A stretch of 64,000 bases of DNA, from NCBI GenBank assembly GCA_036337435.1, contig JAYZEG010000041.1, forward strand, positions 102,711 to 166,710, in the 5' to 3' direction. Positions within the stretch are counted from its first letter, which is position 1. Each line of letters starts with the position of its first letter. The notes beneath the pieces are model-generated. The model was not told the DNA's origin and ran no database searches. It worked only from the letters and a program-made list of their open reading frames with translations. This stretch comes from Myxococcota bacterium (GTDB lineage Bacteria > Myxococcota_A > Bradymonadia > UBA7976 > UBA1532). Shown here piece by piece: positions 1 to 8,804 of the stretch. Position numbers and translations under genes: made by a program.

Positions 1-785
1 GCGATGCGATTGAGATAGTCTACCAGCGCATGGGCAACGAGTGGATTTCCGTTAACCTTGTCGGCCAGTTCAACTTGAGTCGACTCGCTTAGTTTCACCC
101 GGTGGCTCAGTCCGTTGGCCAAAATCTCTGCGAGATCATCGTCTCGAAGGCGACCGATCGTATATGCGGACTGAGGCTTGTGTCTTGAGTTGGGTTCGGA
201 CCCCGGAGTGCCGAGTGGCGTCGAGCTTGTGCAGACGAGAAGTAATTTGACTTCTGGCTCAATTGCTAAAGCTTTTTCAAGGACGTCGAGTAGAGCCTGA
301 GATGCTGCATCGATTCGATGGATGTCGTCGATGACCATAAGGATGGGATGGTGTCGGGCGACATCCATCAACAGGCCTGCATGAATTTCTGCACGAGATG
401 GGGGCGGCGTTTGACTTGGGACCGACGGCAACGCCGACACATGGGTCGCAGCATGTAAAAAGTCGACGCCTGGCAAAAGCCACGGAATGGCAGCATCGTG
501 ATCGGCCCCATTCATACCCCACTCAATGACTCGGACACCTTCTGCTAAACGAGCGACCAGTTCTTCGAGTTCGCCGTGGTCCGATGGACGGACAAGTGTC
601 CTGTCACCACAGCGAATTGAAACGATAGCAGCTTGGCCGTCCGCGGTTGATGCATCATCGATAAAGCGGGCCAGAAGATTCGATTTTCCAGTCCCTACGC
701 CGCTTACGATATGAATTAAGCGACCTGAGCCTGATTGGGCGTCTAGCCAGGCTTGGCAGAGTTCCTCGAGACCAATTTCATTCAT
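1..785 (-). CDS. STAND/AAA_16-type P-loop ATPase (5' part; runs off the left edge)
   Basis: Not in the ORF track. Manual translation from ATG 785 (ATGA overlap with the stop of 782..3136) is open to base 1: MNEIGLEELCQAWLDAQSGSGRLIHIVSGVGTGKSNLL (Walker A) ... ILMVIDDIHRIDAAS (Walker B) ... NGNPL (GxP motif). Confidence 0.85.
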   Translation of the reverse strand, partial: MNEIGLEELCQAWLDAQSGSGRLIHIVSGVGTGKSNLLARFIDDASTADGQAAIVSIRCGDRTLVRPSDHGELEELVARLAEGVRVIEWGMNGADHDAAIPWLLPGVDFLHAATHVSALPSVPSQTPPPSRAEIHAGLLMDVARHHPILMVIDDIHRIDAASQALLDVLEKALAIEPEVKLLLVCTSSTPLGTPGSEPNSRHKPQSAYTIGRLRDDDLAEILANGLSHRVKLSESTQVELADKVNGNPLVAHALVDYLNRI

Positions 786-3136
786 TTGTTGGGTCCTATA
801 GAGCGCGCACAGCGAAACCCGAGATCACCGCGAGCCATGTTTTTTGTCAGATCATCTTTCCGCGTGACTCGGAGTCGATCGCTTGCTGAGATCCAGCCGC
901 CGCCGAAGGCATACATACCTCGAGTGGACTTCGACTGGGTCCATTCGCGGACATTGCCAGCGAGGTTAATTGCGCCGAATGGGCTGCTGATATCGTCAAA
1001 GGCCTTTACTGGCGCAGCATATTTGAAGCCATCTGCCGAATTTGGTGCTTCCAATTCCCCTTTGAACTGACCCAAGTTAGCCCTTTTTACAGATGGGTCA
1101 CTTGGCGATTCATCGCCCCAAGGATAGATATTTGACCCCTTTGAACCGCGGGTCGCGTATTGCAACTCTTCGATGGTTGGAAGACGTTTTTTGACAAATG
1201 AGCAATAGCGCTTCGCGTTGATATAGCTTACCCCGGTTGCAGGGAAGTGGCTCACATCAAAAAAAGGGCGTCTTTGTTGACAAATGCCTGCTTTAACACA
1301 GTCTTCAAATCGCCCCTGCGCGACCTCATACTTATCCAGGAGGAAGCTGTCGAGCTGTAATTCATCGTCCCCGATCTCTTTCTTAATCGCCGAGCAATCT
1401 GCTCGCATTGCGGGTGTATTTCGATTCCTTTTACACATGCTTTCCAGGCGAGCGGCCTGCGCTGCATTGAGTCCGAGTCTGAGGACGCCTTTGCTGACAA
1501 AGACCATGTCTTGCGGGGCGTTCATAGTTGACTCAGCCGTCTGCCCATGAAGACCCTCCAGTGGCCTTGGTGATGCATCGATCGGTTGGCTTTGACGGCC
1601 TGCATCGTGCAATACGGCTGCATCGCGGACGCTTGCTGTCTTCGAGTGGCCATCGACGTGTTTCACCATGACACCGGAATCTGACGGGTCGGTGGCGGCA
1701 CTTGAATTCTGTTTCGAGTGAGCCAGGCCATCCTTCTCCGGCGGCATTTTTGCGGCGGGCGGCGTTGGCCGTTTCTCGTTCTCGATGGGCGTCTCCGATG
1801 CGGTCTTGAAATCCGCCTTTGGTTGCTGATTTGCGATCTCAACGGCGGTGGTGCTCTCCCCATGAGATTGGGTAACAGGCTTGTCCATTGGTGCCGTGTT
1901 GGTCCTCAGGAACCAGGCACCCGCAAACCCACCGACCAGGACCAAGACGATGATGAAACCGAGTACGGGACCAAGTCCGATGCGCACATCCCTAGAGCCT
2001 AAATGAGACGGCCGACCCCGTCCAATTGGCATTGTAGAGATGGTTGTCTCAGCCTCGATGGGTTCAGCAGGAATTTCAGGCGGTGCCTCGGAAATCCCAA
2101 AGTCTTCTAGATCATATTTGAGGTGACTTTGCTCGAAGGAGTCCATGTTCCCGAGCAAGGCAGGCGATGGTGCATTGAGGGTCGAAATGGACAGGTCGAT
2201 CCGCATGCGCAAGTTATCTAGACTGCGGAGATTACTTTTACTTTGGGACAACTTGTCTTCGGCCAGTTCAATCTGTTCGTCGCGTTCGTAGAGCCAATCA
2301 CGAATGAATCGTCTATGGGTTTCGAGCTCCCGAAGGCGGATCCTCTGCTGTTCGACTTCGTCAATGAAGGTTGACTCGGAATCGAAAATCTCTTGAGTTT
2401 CCCTAAATCTATGGGCCAAAGCCTGCTCAAGAATCGGGGCAAGGCGTTCAAGTCCCGTCCGTGCACTGTCAGGCCGAGGTGCGGCCAAAGCGGAGTCGAT
2501 GAGCTCGTCCATAGTCGGCATGGCATCCACGACAGAGTCTTCGCTCGGTGTCAGGTTTGTATCGGCTGACCCAACAGCGGTCTTGCACTTGGTGAGTAGC
2601 ATCTGAGTGAGGTCAGATAAGGCGTCGAGGTCAGACTGTATGATAGTCTCTGTGTCGGACGCGGGTGGCTGCCAGTTTGATAACCGTACATCTGGATATC
2701 CGTCATCATTACGAGCGAGCCTAAATGTGGACGCTGAAACCTTACCGTGACCAATCCCTCTGCCGTGAGTTTGAGCGAGAATAACCCAGCATTGCACCGC
2801 AATGCTGGTTATAACGAGCCGATGGTCCTCGGCGGACAGTTCATCGACAAGTTTGTCTAGCGGCTCGCCCTGTGTCGGTTGGAACAGAACCCACGCCGGC
2901 TGCCCTTGGTTGCTCATGATGACCGGTGGCCAAGGATTATCGTCTTGTTCGACAATTGTCTGAATCCATTGTCGGTCGAGTGATTTGGGTGTATCGATCG
3001 TGACCAGTTCCCCAACGGCACCACTGGCTGGCATTCGCGCTTCGAAGCGACTAAAGCCTGTACCGCCGCTGATCCTTTTGATGCATTCCAAACCTTCAAT
3101 GGCGGGAAATGTCTCTTTTTTTGGCCGCTTATTCAT
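782..3136 (-). CDS. Membrane protein: degenerate Ser/Thr-kinase-like N-domain, coiled coil, TM helix, C-terminal FGE-sulfatase (SUMF1/CLec-fold) domain
   Basis: Kinase-like remnants THGRGIGHGKVSASTF, DVRLSNW, SDLDAL; TM VLGFIIVLVLVGGFAGAWFL; FGE motifs FLLDKYEV, RLPT.EE, YPWG, SPFGAINLAGNVREW, GGGW, LGFRCA. Confidence 0.8.
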   Translation of the reverse strand: MNKRPKKETFPAIEGLECIKRISGGTGFSRFEARMPASGAVGELVTIDTPKSLDRQWIQTIVEQDDNPWPPVIMSNQGQPAWVLFQPTQGEPLDKLVDELSAEDHRLVITSIAVQCWVILAQTHGRGIGHGKVSASTFRLARNDDGYPDVRLSNWQPPASDTETIIQSDLDALSDLTQMLLTKCKTAVGSADTNLTPSEDSVVDAMPTMDELIDSALAAPRPDSARTGLERLAPILEQALAHRFRETQEIFDSESTFIDEVEQQRIRLRELETHRRFIRDWLYERDEQIELAEDKLSQSKSNLRSLDNLRMRIDLSISTLNAPSPALLGNMDSFEQSHLKYDLEDFGISEAPPEIPAEPIEAETTISTMPIGRGRPSHLGSRDVRIGLGPVLGFIIVLVLVGGFAGAWFLRTNTAPMDKPVTQSHGESTTAVEIANQQPKADFKTASETPIENEKRPTPPAAKMPPEKDGLAHSKQNSSAATDPSDSGVMVKHVDGHSKTASVRDAAVLHDAGRQSQPIDASPRPLEGLHGQTAESTMNAPQDMVFVSKGVLRLGLNAAQAARLESMCKRNRNTPAMRADCSAIKKEIGDDELQLDSFLLDKYEVAQGRFEDCVKAGICQQRRPFFDVSHFPATGVSYINAKRYCSFVKKRLPTIEELQYATRGSKGSNIYPWGDESPSDPSVKRANLGQFKGELEAPNSADGFKYAAPVKAFDDISSPFGAINLAGNVREWTQSKSTRGMYAFGGGWISASDRLRVTRKDDLTKNMARGDLGFRCARSIGPNK

Positions 3137-3242
3137 CGGGGCACCATATTCTAGCGTGCCTGCGTGTGCAAGCGCGCGCGTGAAGCGCTCGATGCGACCA
3201 GATGGTTAGATGCGATTCCTCGGTACGGTGTCACCAAGAAAC

Positions 3243-3878
3243 TCAAGATTCCTGGGCCGTCAAACGAGATTCCCATTGTTGTAGTTTCGCCTCCACTCGA
3301 ATTGCTCGGCTAGCTGGCACCCGTCTACCGTTCTCTAGAATTTCCCGGGTAATCGTTTCGTCTATGTTGAGTGCTTCGCCGACCTCTGTGATAGATAAAC
3401 CAAGCGATAGACGAGCCCGATTGAGCCTCCCTCCAATCGCATCGTCTGCTGGCTTTGCCTTTGCTTTTACATGCCGCTTTTTCGACGGGCTCTCTTGACG
3501 GTCATCCGGTAATGCTGACGTTGTCCGTTCATCGGTTGGAGCCTCGATGACTGTCGCATATTGATCCGATACATCAGTCGCCGACAAAACCTGAGGTGCC
3601 TCGTCATCCGCTGTCAATGTAGATGGAGTCGCATCGAGCACAGTCGATAATTTCTCGTCCTTTAACTGCTGTGGAATCGACTGAATCAGCTCGATGATCT
3701 CCGATTTGAAATCATCCATTCTCTGCATTAACGGGTCCTGTTTTTTTGTGACCTCTCCGATGCCAACGTGAATCAAATGTCTCATCACTTCAGCGCGTTT
3801 CTGACCCGTTTCTTTGGCTATCCGATTGAGCTGGTCGATAGTGCTCTCTGGTAGGCGAATGCTGATTTGTCCAGTCAT
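3243..3878 (-). CDS. Transcriptional regulator with N-terminal ribbon-helix-helix and C-terminal XRE-type HTH
   Basis: QISIRLPESTIDQLNRIAKETGQKRAEVMRHLI (CopG/MetJ RHH pattern); IGGRLNRARLSLGLSITEVGEALNI...ILENGRR (HTH_3 pattern). Start moved to ATG 3878, which has GGGGAG upstream. Confidence 0.75.
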   Translation of the reverse strand: MTGQISIRLPESTIDQLNRIAKETGQKRAEVMRHLIHVGIGEVTKKQDPLMQRMDDFKSEIIELIQSIPQQLKDEKLSTVLDATPSTLTADDEAPQVLSATDVSDQYATVIEAPTDERTTSALPDDRQESPSKKRHVKAKAKPADDAIGGRLNRARLSLGLSITEVGEALNIDETITREILENGRRVPASRAIRVEAKLQQWESRLTAQES

Positions 3879-3898
3879 GGTCTGTCTCCCCAAATAAT

Positions 3899-3918
3899 TG
3901 AAACCCATTTGGGATTCA
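3899..3918. promoter_or_regulatory. Palindromic operator-like site copy 1 (TGAAACCCATTTGGGATTCA)
   Basis: 18/20 match to the perfect palindrome at 4082-4101; about 20 bp upstream of the regulator start codon. Confidence 0.7.
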
Positions 3919-4057
3919 TTACGACGTATAACGCCACTTTAAAAGCAAAAAAGTCATTTGAATCCCGTGGCTCGAAGTGGAGATTTGTTGACTGTTTGAG
4001 CGGTCTAAAACCCCAAAAAATGCGGTCTTAAAGTGGCTCTTTTATCATTTGTTATAT

Positions 4058-4077
4058 TGAATCCCAATTGAAATTCA
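4058..4077. promoter_or_regulatory. Palindromic operator-like site copy 2 (TGAATCCCAATTGAAATTCA)
   Basis: 18/20 match to the perfect palindrome; 4 bp from copy 3. Confidence 0.7.
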
Positions 4078-4081
4078 ACTG

Positions 4082-4101
4082 TGAATCCCAATTGGGATTC
4101 A
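4082..4101. promoter_or_regulatory. Perfect 20-bp palindrome copy 3 (TGAATCCCAATTGGGATTCA)
   Basis: Exactly self-reverse-complementary; lies in an AT-rich intergenic region. Additional TGAATCCC half-sites at 3959-3966 and 4260-4267. Confidence 0.75.
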
Positions 4102-4487
4102 AAGAAGATTTTCACATGTAATTCAGGAGGTTTAGCACTATTTCTTGCCGTCGGTTTGATGTTGTCGATCTGAGCCGATATGCGGCTGTTCGGTTGTTCG
4201 CAGCCTCGTGGACGGATCAGATTGTATAGGCCGAGGGATAGGATTAATGCTGGATGAAATGAATCCCTTGATGGCCAGTTTAGGCCGCCCGTTCTCCTTT
4301 GGCTGATGGTTTGAAACACGGTCATTTTGATGACCCCGAGAGAGTCGTTGAGGCAGGGCGTTGCGCCGGGACTGTCTACAGTAAAGTGACCCTCGGCATC
4401 CCTGTTTTATGAAGCAACCTTTGGTGCGGAGTCGGCACGTGTAGACACGTCCCATGACTGGCTTTTCAAATTCTCAATGCATCTCGA

Positions 4488-5924
4488 TCAAAATAGAAAT
4501 GCACCCCACGTCAGAGTCCACAAAGTGATGAGAAGTGCCGAGATGATATTAACGCCGAAACCCACCCGTGCCATATCCGGTAAGCGAATCATGCCCGAGC
4601 CGTAAACGACAGCATTCGGAGGGGTCGCCACCGGTAACATGAAAGCGCACGACGCGGCTAAAGTTGCGGGCAGAAGCAGCATAAGGGGGCCCACATCAGT
4701 CGCTACAGCGAGTTCACAAATAATCGGCAAGAGGATTATGGAGGTTGCGGTATTTGATGTGACTTCTGTGAGAAAGGTCATAAAAAGGACAACGGCCAAA
4801 ACCATTAAGGGCAGTGGCCAGCCGCTCGTTGATGCCGCCAATAATGAGCCGAGCCATTGGGATAAGCCGGTGGCCTTAAAACCAGAAGCCAACGCAAAAC
4901 CGCCCCCGAAAAGGATGAGTATTTGCCACGGTGTTTTGGCAGTTTCGGACCAGCTTAGTAACGCCTCGCGGTGCCCGGCCGAGGTTCGTGTGGGAACAAT
5001 GTAGAGCAGAATCGTGATCCCAATCGCGACAGTCGCATCCGTGATACCCTTAGGGTCTAGGCCCAGTTTTAGGAGGATATATTTCCGAGAAATCCAAAGT
5101 GTCACGGCGGCAATAAAGATGACCGCAACACGTCGCTCTCCTTGCGACCAGCTCTGTTTTGGTCCGGTCAACGCACTTTGGGCTGGGTGATTAACGGGGA
5201 TCGGAGTCCGTTGGATCCGAAAAGCGAGCCTCGTGAGATAGTACCAAATAACGAGTATCAATAAGATTGAAAGCGGGGCTGCGAAACTCATCCATTCACC
5301 GAAGCTCAGATCCGTCCCGTTTTTGGCGGCGACCTCACGAAAGACGCCGTTGGGGGCTGTTCCGAGGTAGGTGCCCATACCCCCGACGCTGGCTGCATAA
5401 GCTACCCCCAGCATCAGTGCTTTTTCAAATTCCTTCGATTCCATAGCGGATGCAACCGCTATGGCTACCGGCAAGAGCATCAGAGTTGTGGAGGTATTCA
5501 ATAACCACATGGACAATAAGCCTGACGCCAGCATAAACCCGAGGATAAGGCGGTCGGCCCGGGTGCCGCATGTCCGAACCATAAACATCGCCAAGCGCCG
5601 ATGTAGATTCCATCGTTCGACCGCAAATGCCAGTTGAAAACCGCCGAAAAACAACCAAATCAGGTCGTGTCCATAGTTGGGTGCAACCTCTTTCGCTGTG
5701 CCAATCCCGAACACGGGAAATAGTGCCAGTGGCAACAGCGCAGTCACCGCGACTGGCAGTGCTTCAGTCATCCACCAGATTGCCATTAACACCGTGATTG
5801 CCGCTAACCTGTGGGCCTCAGGCGTGAGTGAGTTACCAAGCGGTAGAAACCAGATTGCAGCGGCCATCATGGGACCGAGTAAAAGGCCTTTGTTCAGACT
5901 ATTTGACTTGGGGGTGGCTTGCAT
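4488..5924 (-). CDS. SLC13/DASS family sodium:dicarboxylate/sulfate symporter
   Basis: WWMTEALP, LFFGGF, LSMWLLNTSTT, GGMGTYLGTAPN, TEVTSNTA, AFMLPVATPPNA motifs; multi-TM. Start ATG 5924 is the likely one. Confidence 0.95.
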   Translation of the reverse strand: MQATPKSNSLNKGLLLGPMMAAAIWFLPLGNSLTPEAHRLAAITVLMAIWWMTEALPVAVTALLPLALFPVFGIGTAKEVAPNYGHDLIWLFFGGFQLAFAVERWNLHRRLAMFMVRTCGTRADRLILGFMLASGLLSMWLLNTSTTLMLLPVAIAVASAMESKEFEKALMLGVAYAASVGGMGTYLGTAPNGVFREVAAKNGTDLSFGEWMSFAAPLSILLILVIWYYLTRLAFRIQRTPIPVNHPAQSALTGPKQSWSQGERRVAVIFIAAVTLWISRKYILLKLGLDPKGITDATVAIGITILLYIVPTRTSAGHREALLSWSETAKTPWQILILFGGGFALASGFKATGLSQWLGSLLAASTSGWPLPLMVLAVVLFMTFLTEVTSNTATSIILLPIICELAVATDVGPLMLLLPATLAASCAFMLPVATPPNAVVYGSGMIRLPDMARVGFGVNIISALLITLWTLTWGAFLF

Positions 5925-6135
5925 TAGACCGTCGACTCTCCTGTGCACAAATTGGACCTCAAAAAGGCCCTGGGCGTCCAGCAAATTAGTCTCTGATGCA
6001 AGCAGACCATTGGCCAAACAGAAATATTTCTCAATAAACAGTTAAAATTGCCGATGTTTATGATGAAGCGGCGAACCAGTCACTTCCCGACGGCCAAGGC
6101 GGGCCTTCGGACAAAGACCAGGGAGGTTGACACAG

Positions 6136-6513
6136 ATGTTGAAGGCGACAGGCCGTCTTTCACCCGACCAGATATTTCAAATCGGAAAAGACGCCATTCA
6201 TTTGATCCGGGACAAAAAGTCCAGTTCGGTCATCATTGCCGATTGTTTGGACCGCTCGCCTCAACTTGTAGAAGCCGTTCATGCATACGCTCAAGTGCAG
6301 TTTCGCGATCGGGGCCGCATCAGGGGCACCCGAGACGCAATCACACTCATTGGATTATCGGAACTGGAGCGATTGCTGCTCAGTCACTTGCGGCGTATTC
6401 AACGCAATGTTGGCGGCCGTAAAAGCCGATTTAATCATCGCATTGCAGCTTTGGACGTCGCACCACCTCACACACCCACCCCCATAAGAACGAAGCGTTA
6501 CGCCACTCAATAA
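6136..6513 (+). CDS. Small HDOD-like domain protein
   Basis: SSSVIIADCLDRSPQLVEAVHAYAQ...IRGTRDAITLIGLSELERLLL matches the HDOD N-terminal pattern (ia..i..Dp.L...l...aN...i.si..Ai..lG...l..l); GGAGG RBS before ATG 6136. Confidence 0.6.
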   Translation: MLKATGRLSPDQIFQIGKDAIHLIRDKKSSSVIIADCLDRSPQLVEAVHAYAQVQFRDRGRIRGTRDAITLIGLSELERLLLSHLRRIQRNVGGRKSRFNHRIAALDVAPPHTPTPIRTKRYATQ

Positions 6514-6616
6514 TTTCGAATCAGGCTGCGGTTATTCTGTCCGAAACACGACAAAATGGCACCCAGCCCTCGGTCGATGTTACACTCAGCCCATCGGAAA
6601 TCGTCCTGAGTAAGAC

Positions 6617-8803
6617 ATGCGATCGTTTATCACCATTTCTGTAGCTCTTTTGGTCGTGCTTCCAACGGCAGCATCATTGGCGCAAACCCAATCTCAAGTG
6701 GAGCAGGCAAACAGCAATCCGTCTAAGAAAGGGGCGAGAAAAGCAGGGCCAGCCAAAGAGTCGACCAAAGCGACCACTCGGGCGCCGGCTGTGTCAAAAG
6801 TGGCAGAAACGCAAACAAGTGCACCCAAGTCAGACGCAGCCAAAGCGTCGAAACCGCCTCGCTCAAAACCAAACACAGGACGCGTACAATCGAAGGCACA
6901 AAACACCGCCAACGAACCCGTGCCGATCCGTTCTCGGGCACCATCCTTAAACGGGTCGACAGGCCTCGACCGTCTTTGGGCCGCCGATACAGGCCCACTT
7001 GAGACCATACGCATGCGTCTTGGTCTGGCGTTTTTCAACGCAGATAATTTTCCCTATCAAGGCGCAGGAAATGCGTTCGTCGGAAGCTACTTTTCATTCG
7101 CCTACACGCCCCACAAGTTTGTCGAGGCCTTCACCTCGATCTCCGCCACCAGTAATAGCCATGACCAAGAACAACCGAGTCTTTTGCAGACCCAAGGTGA
7201 TCTGACCCTGGGCATAAAGTCAGTCTATCCGGTGAGCGACCTGGTTCGAGTGGGTGGTGCTCTTGCTGCTCGTTTTCTAAGCGGTGTGGGGTCTGCGGGC
7301 TTCGAACCATCGGCGACCAGTGTTGACTTGAGATTGTTATCTACTTTTGACTTTACAGAGGCAGAAAAAATACCGCTGAAAATTCACCTCGAACTGGGCA
7401 ATTACTTTGAGAATTCTGAAGTTTTGACAGAGCATCTAGCCGGTGAGCCCAGCTTGGTCCAAGAGTATGGCCTTCAGGTGGCTCGATATGACCGACTCAC
7501 CTTTGGACTCGGTATTGAAAGTCCCTTCGATAGGTACTTCAACCCCTTCCTTGAATACCAAATTAGCAAACCGCATTTTGTCGAGTTAGCTCGGACCGGC
7601 CAGGGCAGTCATGAGTACACTTTTGACTCAATTCCGCACCATTTGACTCTGGGATTACGTGCTTTTCCCCTCGAGCATTTAGCGATCGATACAGCCGTTC
7701 GCATTGGCTTGGCAAACAAACCTCACACGGGGGTACCGGCAACGCCACCCTATATGGTCCTCCTCGGTGTCGCTTACACCCTCGATCCCAAGCCCAAAGT
7801 CATTACCAAAACAGTCGAGAAACAGGTTCCTGCACCCGTAGTTGCGAAGAAAACAGGTCTGTTTTCCGGTCGAGTGCTCGATGCTAAGTCTGGACAACCC
7901 GTTACAGATGCTCTCATCAGCTACTCATCGATGCCTGGGTTCTCACCGCAGACAAGCGCATCCGATGGCCGGTTTTCCGGCTATCGCTTCGATGCTGGTG
8001 TCGTGGAGTACAGCGTCACAGCGAAGGGCTATAAGCCAAAACAGGGTCGAAAAACAATGTCCGCAGGTCAGAATGCCAGTGTGGAGATTAAACTCGAAAT
8101 CGACCCCGCACAGCAGGCTGGGGATATCGAGATTCGGATATTCGGGAGACGAGGAAAGCCTGTGGCGGCAAGCCTGAAGTTCGGTGGTAAGGCGATAGGA
8201 CAGACAGGTCGGTTTAAGCCCGGTCAACCCTACAAGGCCAAACTCCCCGCTGGTCGACATCCGCTGACGGTAACGGCCAAGGGATATGAGGTGTACAAAA
8301 CGGCTGTGCTGGTGCGGGGTGGCCAGACCACGCCGCTTCGTTTGAATTTACCCATCGGCCGACCAAAAACTGGCCCTGTATCCTCAGGGTCTCCACAAAA
8401 GCCAATCGGTCCCCCGAAAGCCAGCGCGGGTGGTCGCTTCGCAACGGTAACGGCGCGGTCAATTTCTCTACGCCGTCGAATTGATTTCAAACCGGGTTCG
8501 AGTGAATTGACGCCGAACGCGCGCGCCGTGCTAAACGATGTCGCGCGGGGCATGAAACAGATCAAGACCATAAAACGTGTTCGTATCGCGGCTCATGTCA
8601 GCGGGACTGGTTCGAGAGATAAAGACAGCCGACTCAGCATTGCCAGGGCAAATCGAGTGAAGGGGTACCTCGTTTCTCGTGGGGTCGCCGCCGGGCGTTT
8701 GCAAGCACGCGGGTATGGCGGACTTAAGCCAATTCGGCCGAGTTTGACCAAGCGAGCGCGAGCTCAGAATGAGCGAGTCACATTCACTGTAATTCGGAAA
8801 TAA
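6617..8803 (+). CDS. Outer-membrane protein: signal peptide, low-complexity linker, predicted beta-barrel, carboxypeptidase-regulatory-like/PEGA-like beta-sandwiches, C-terminal OmpA domain
   Basis: Signal peptide; alternating aromatic beta-strands ending LGVAYTL; GRVLDAKSGQPVTDA CarboxypepD_reg-like; IDFKPGSSEL...LSIARANRVKGYLVSRGV...GYG...NERVTF OmpA pattern. Confidence 0.85.
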   Translation: MRSFITISVALLVVLPTAASLAQTQSQVEQANSNPSKKGARKAGPAKESTKATTRAPAVSKVAETQTSAPKSDAAKASKPPRSKPNTGRVQSKAQNTANEPVPIRSRAPSLNGSTGLDRLWAADTGPLETIRMRLGLAFFNADNFPYQGAGNAFVGSYFSFAYTPHKFVEAFTSISATSNSHDQEQPSLLQTQGDLTLGIKSVYPVSDLVRVGGALAARFLSGVGSAGFEPSATSVDLRLLSTFDFTEAEKIPLKIHLELGNYFENSEVLTEHLAGEPSLVQEYGLQVARYDRLTFGLGIESPFDRYFNPFLEYQISKPHFVELARTGQGSHEYTFDSIPHHLTLGLRAFPLEHLAIDTAVRIGLANKPHTGVPATPPYMVLLGVAYTLDPKPKVITKTVEKQVPAPVVAKKTGLFSGRVLDAKSGQPVTDALISYSSMPGFSPQTSASDGRFSGYRFDAGVVEYSVTAKGYKPKQGRKTMSAGQNASVEIKLEIDPAQQAGDIEIRIFGRRGKPVAASLKFGGKAIGQTGRFKPGQPYKAKLPAGRHPLTVTAKGYEVYKTAVLVRGGQTTPLRLNLPIGRPKTGPVSSGSPQKPIGPPKASAGGRFATVTARSISLRRRIDFKPGSSELTPNARAVLNDVARGMKQIKTIKRVRIAAHVSGTGSRDKDSRLSIARANRVKGYLVSRGVAAGRLQARGYGGLKPIRPSLTKRARAQNERVTFTVIRK

Positions 8804-8804
8804 A

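Noticed and set aside
782..960. FGE/CLec C-terminus as a diversity-generating retroelement target
   Set aside because: No template-repeat copy and no reverse transcriptase seen in the window.
4035..4062. Possible dif site (TTATATTGAAT resembles the XerD arm TTATGTTAAAT)
   Set aside because: The XerC arm and spacer do not match, and the segment overlaps palindrome copy 2, which explains it better.
4132..4158. CIRCE (HrcA) element
   Set aside because: Only a TTAGCACT half-site; the GAGTGCTAA arm is absent. The same applies at about 58023.
4005..4455. Two roughly 105-aa ORFs in the operator region
   Set aside because: No recognisable motifs or RBS, they overlap each other and the palindromes; treated as non-coding, though a small gene or sRNA cannot be excluded.
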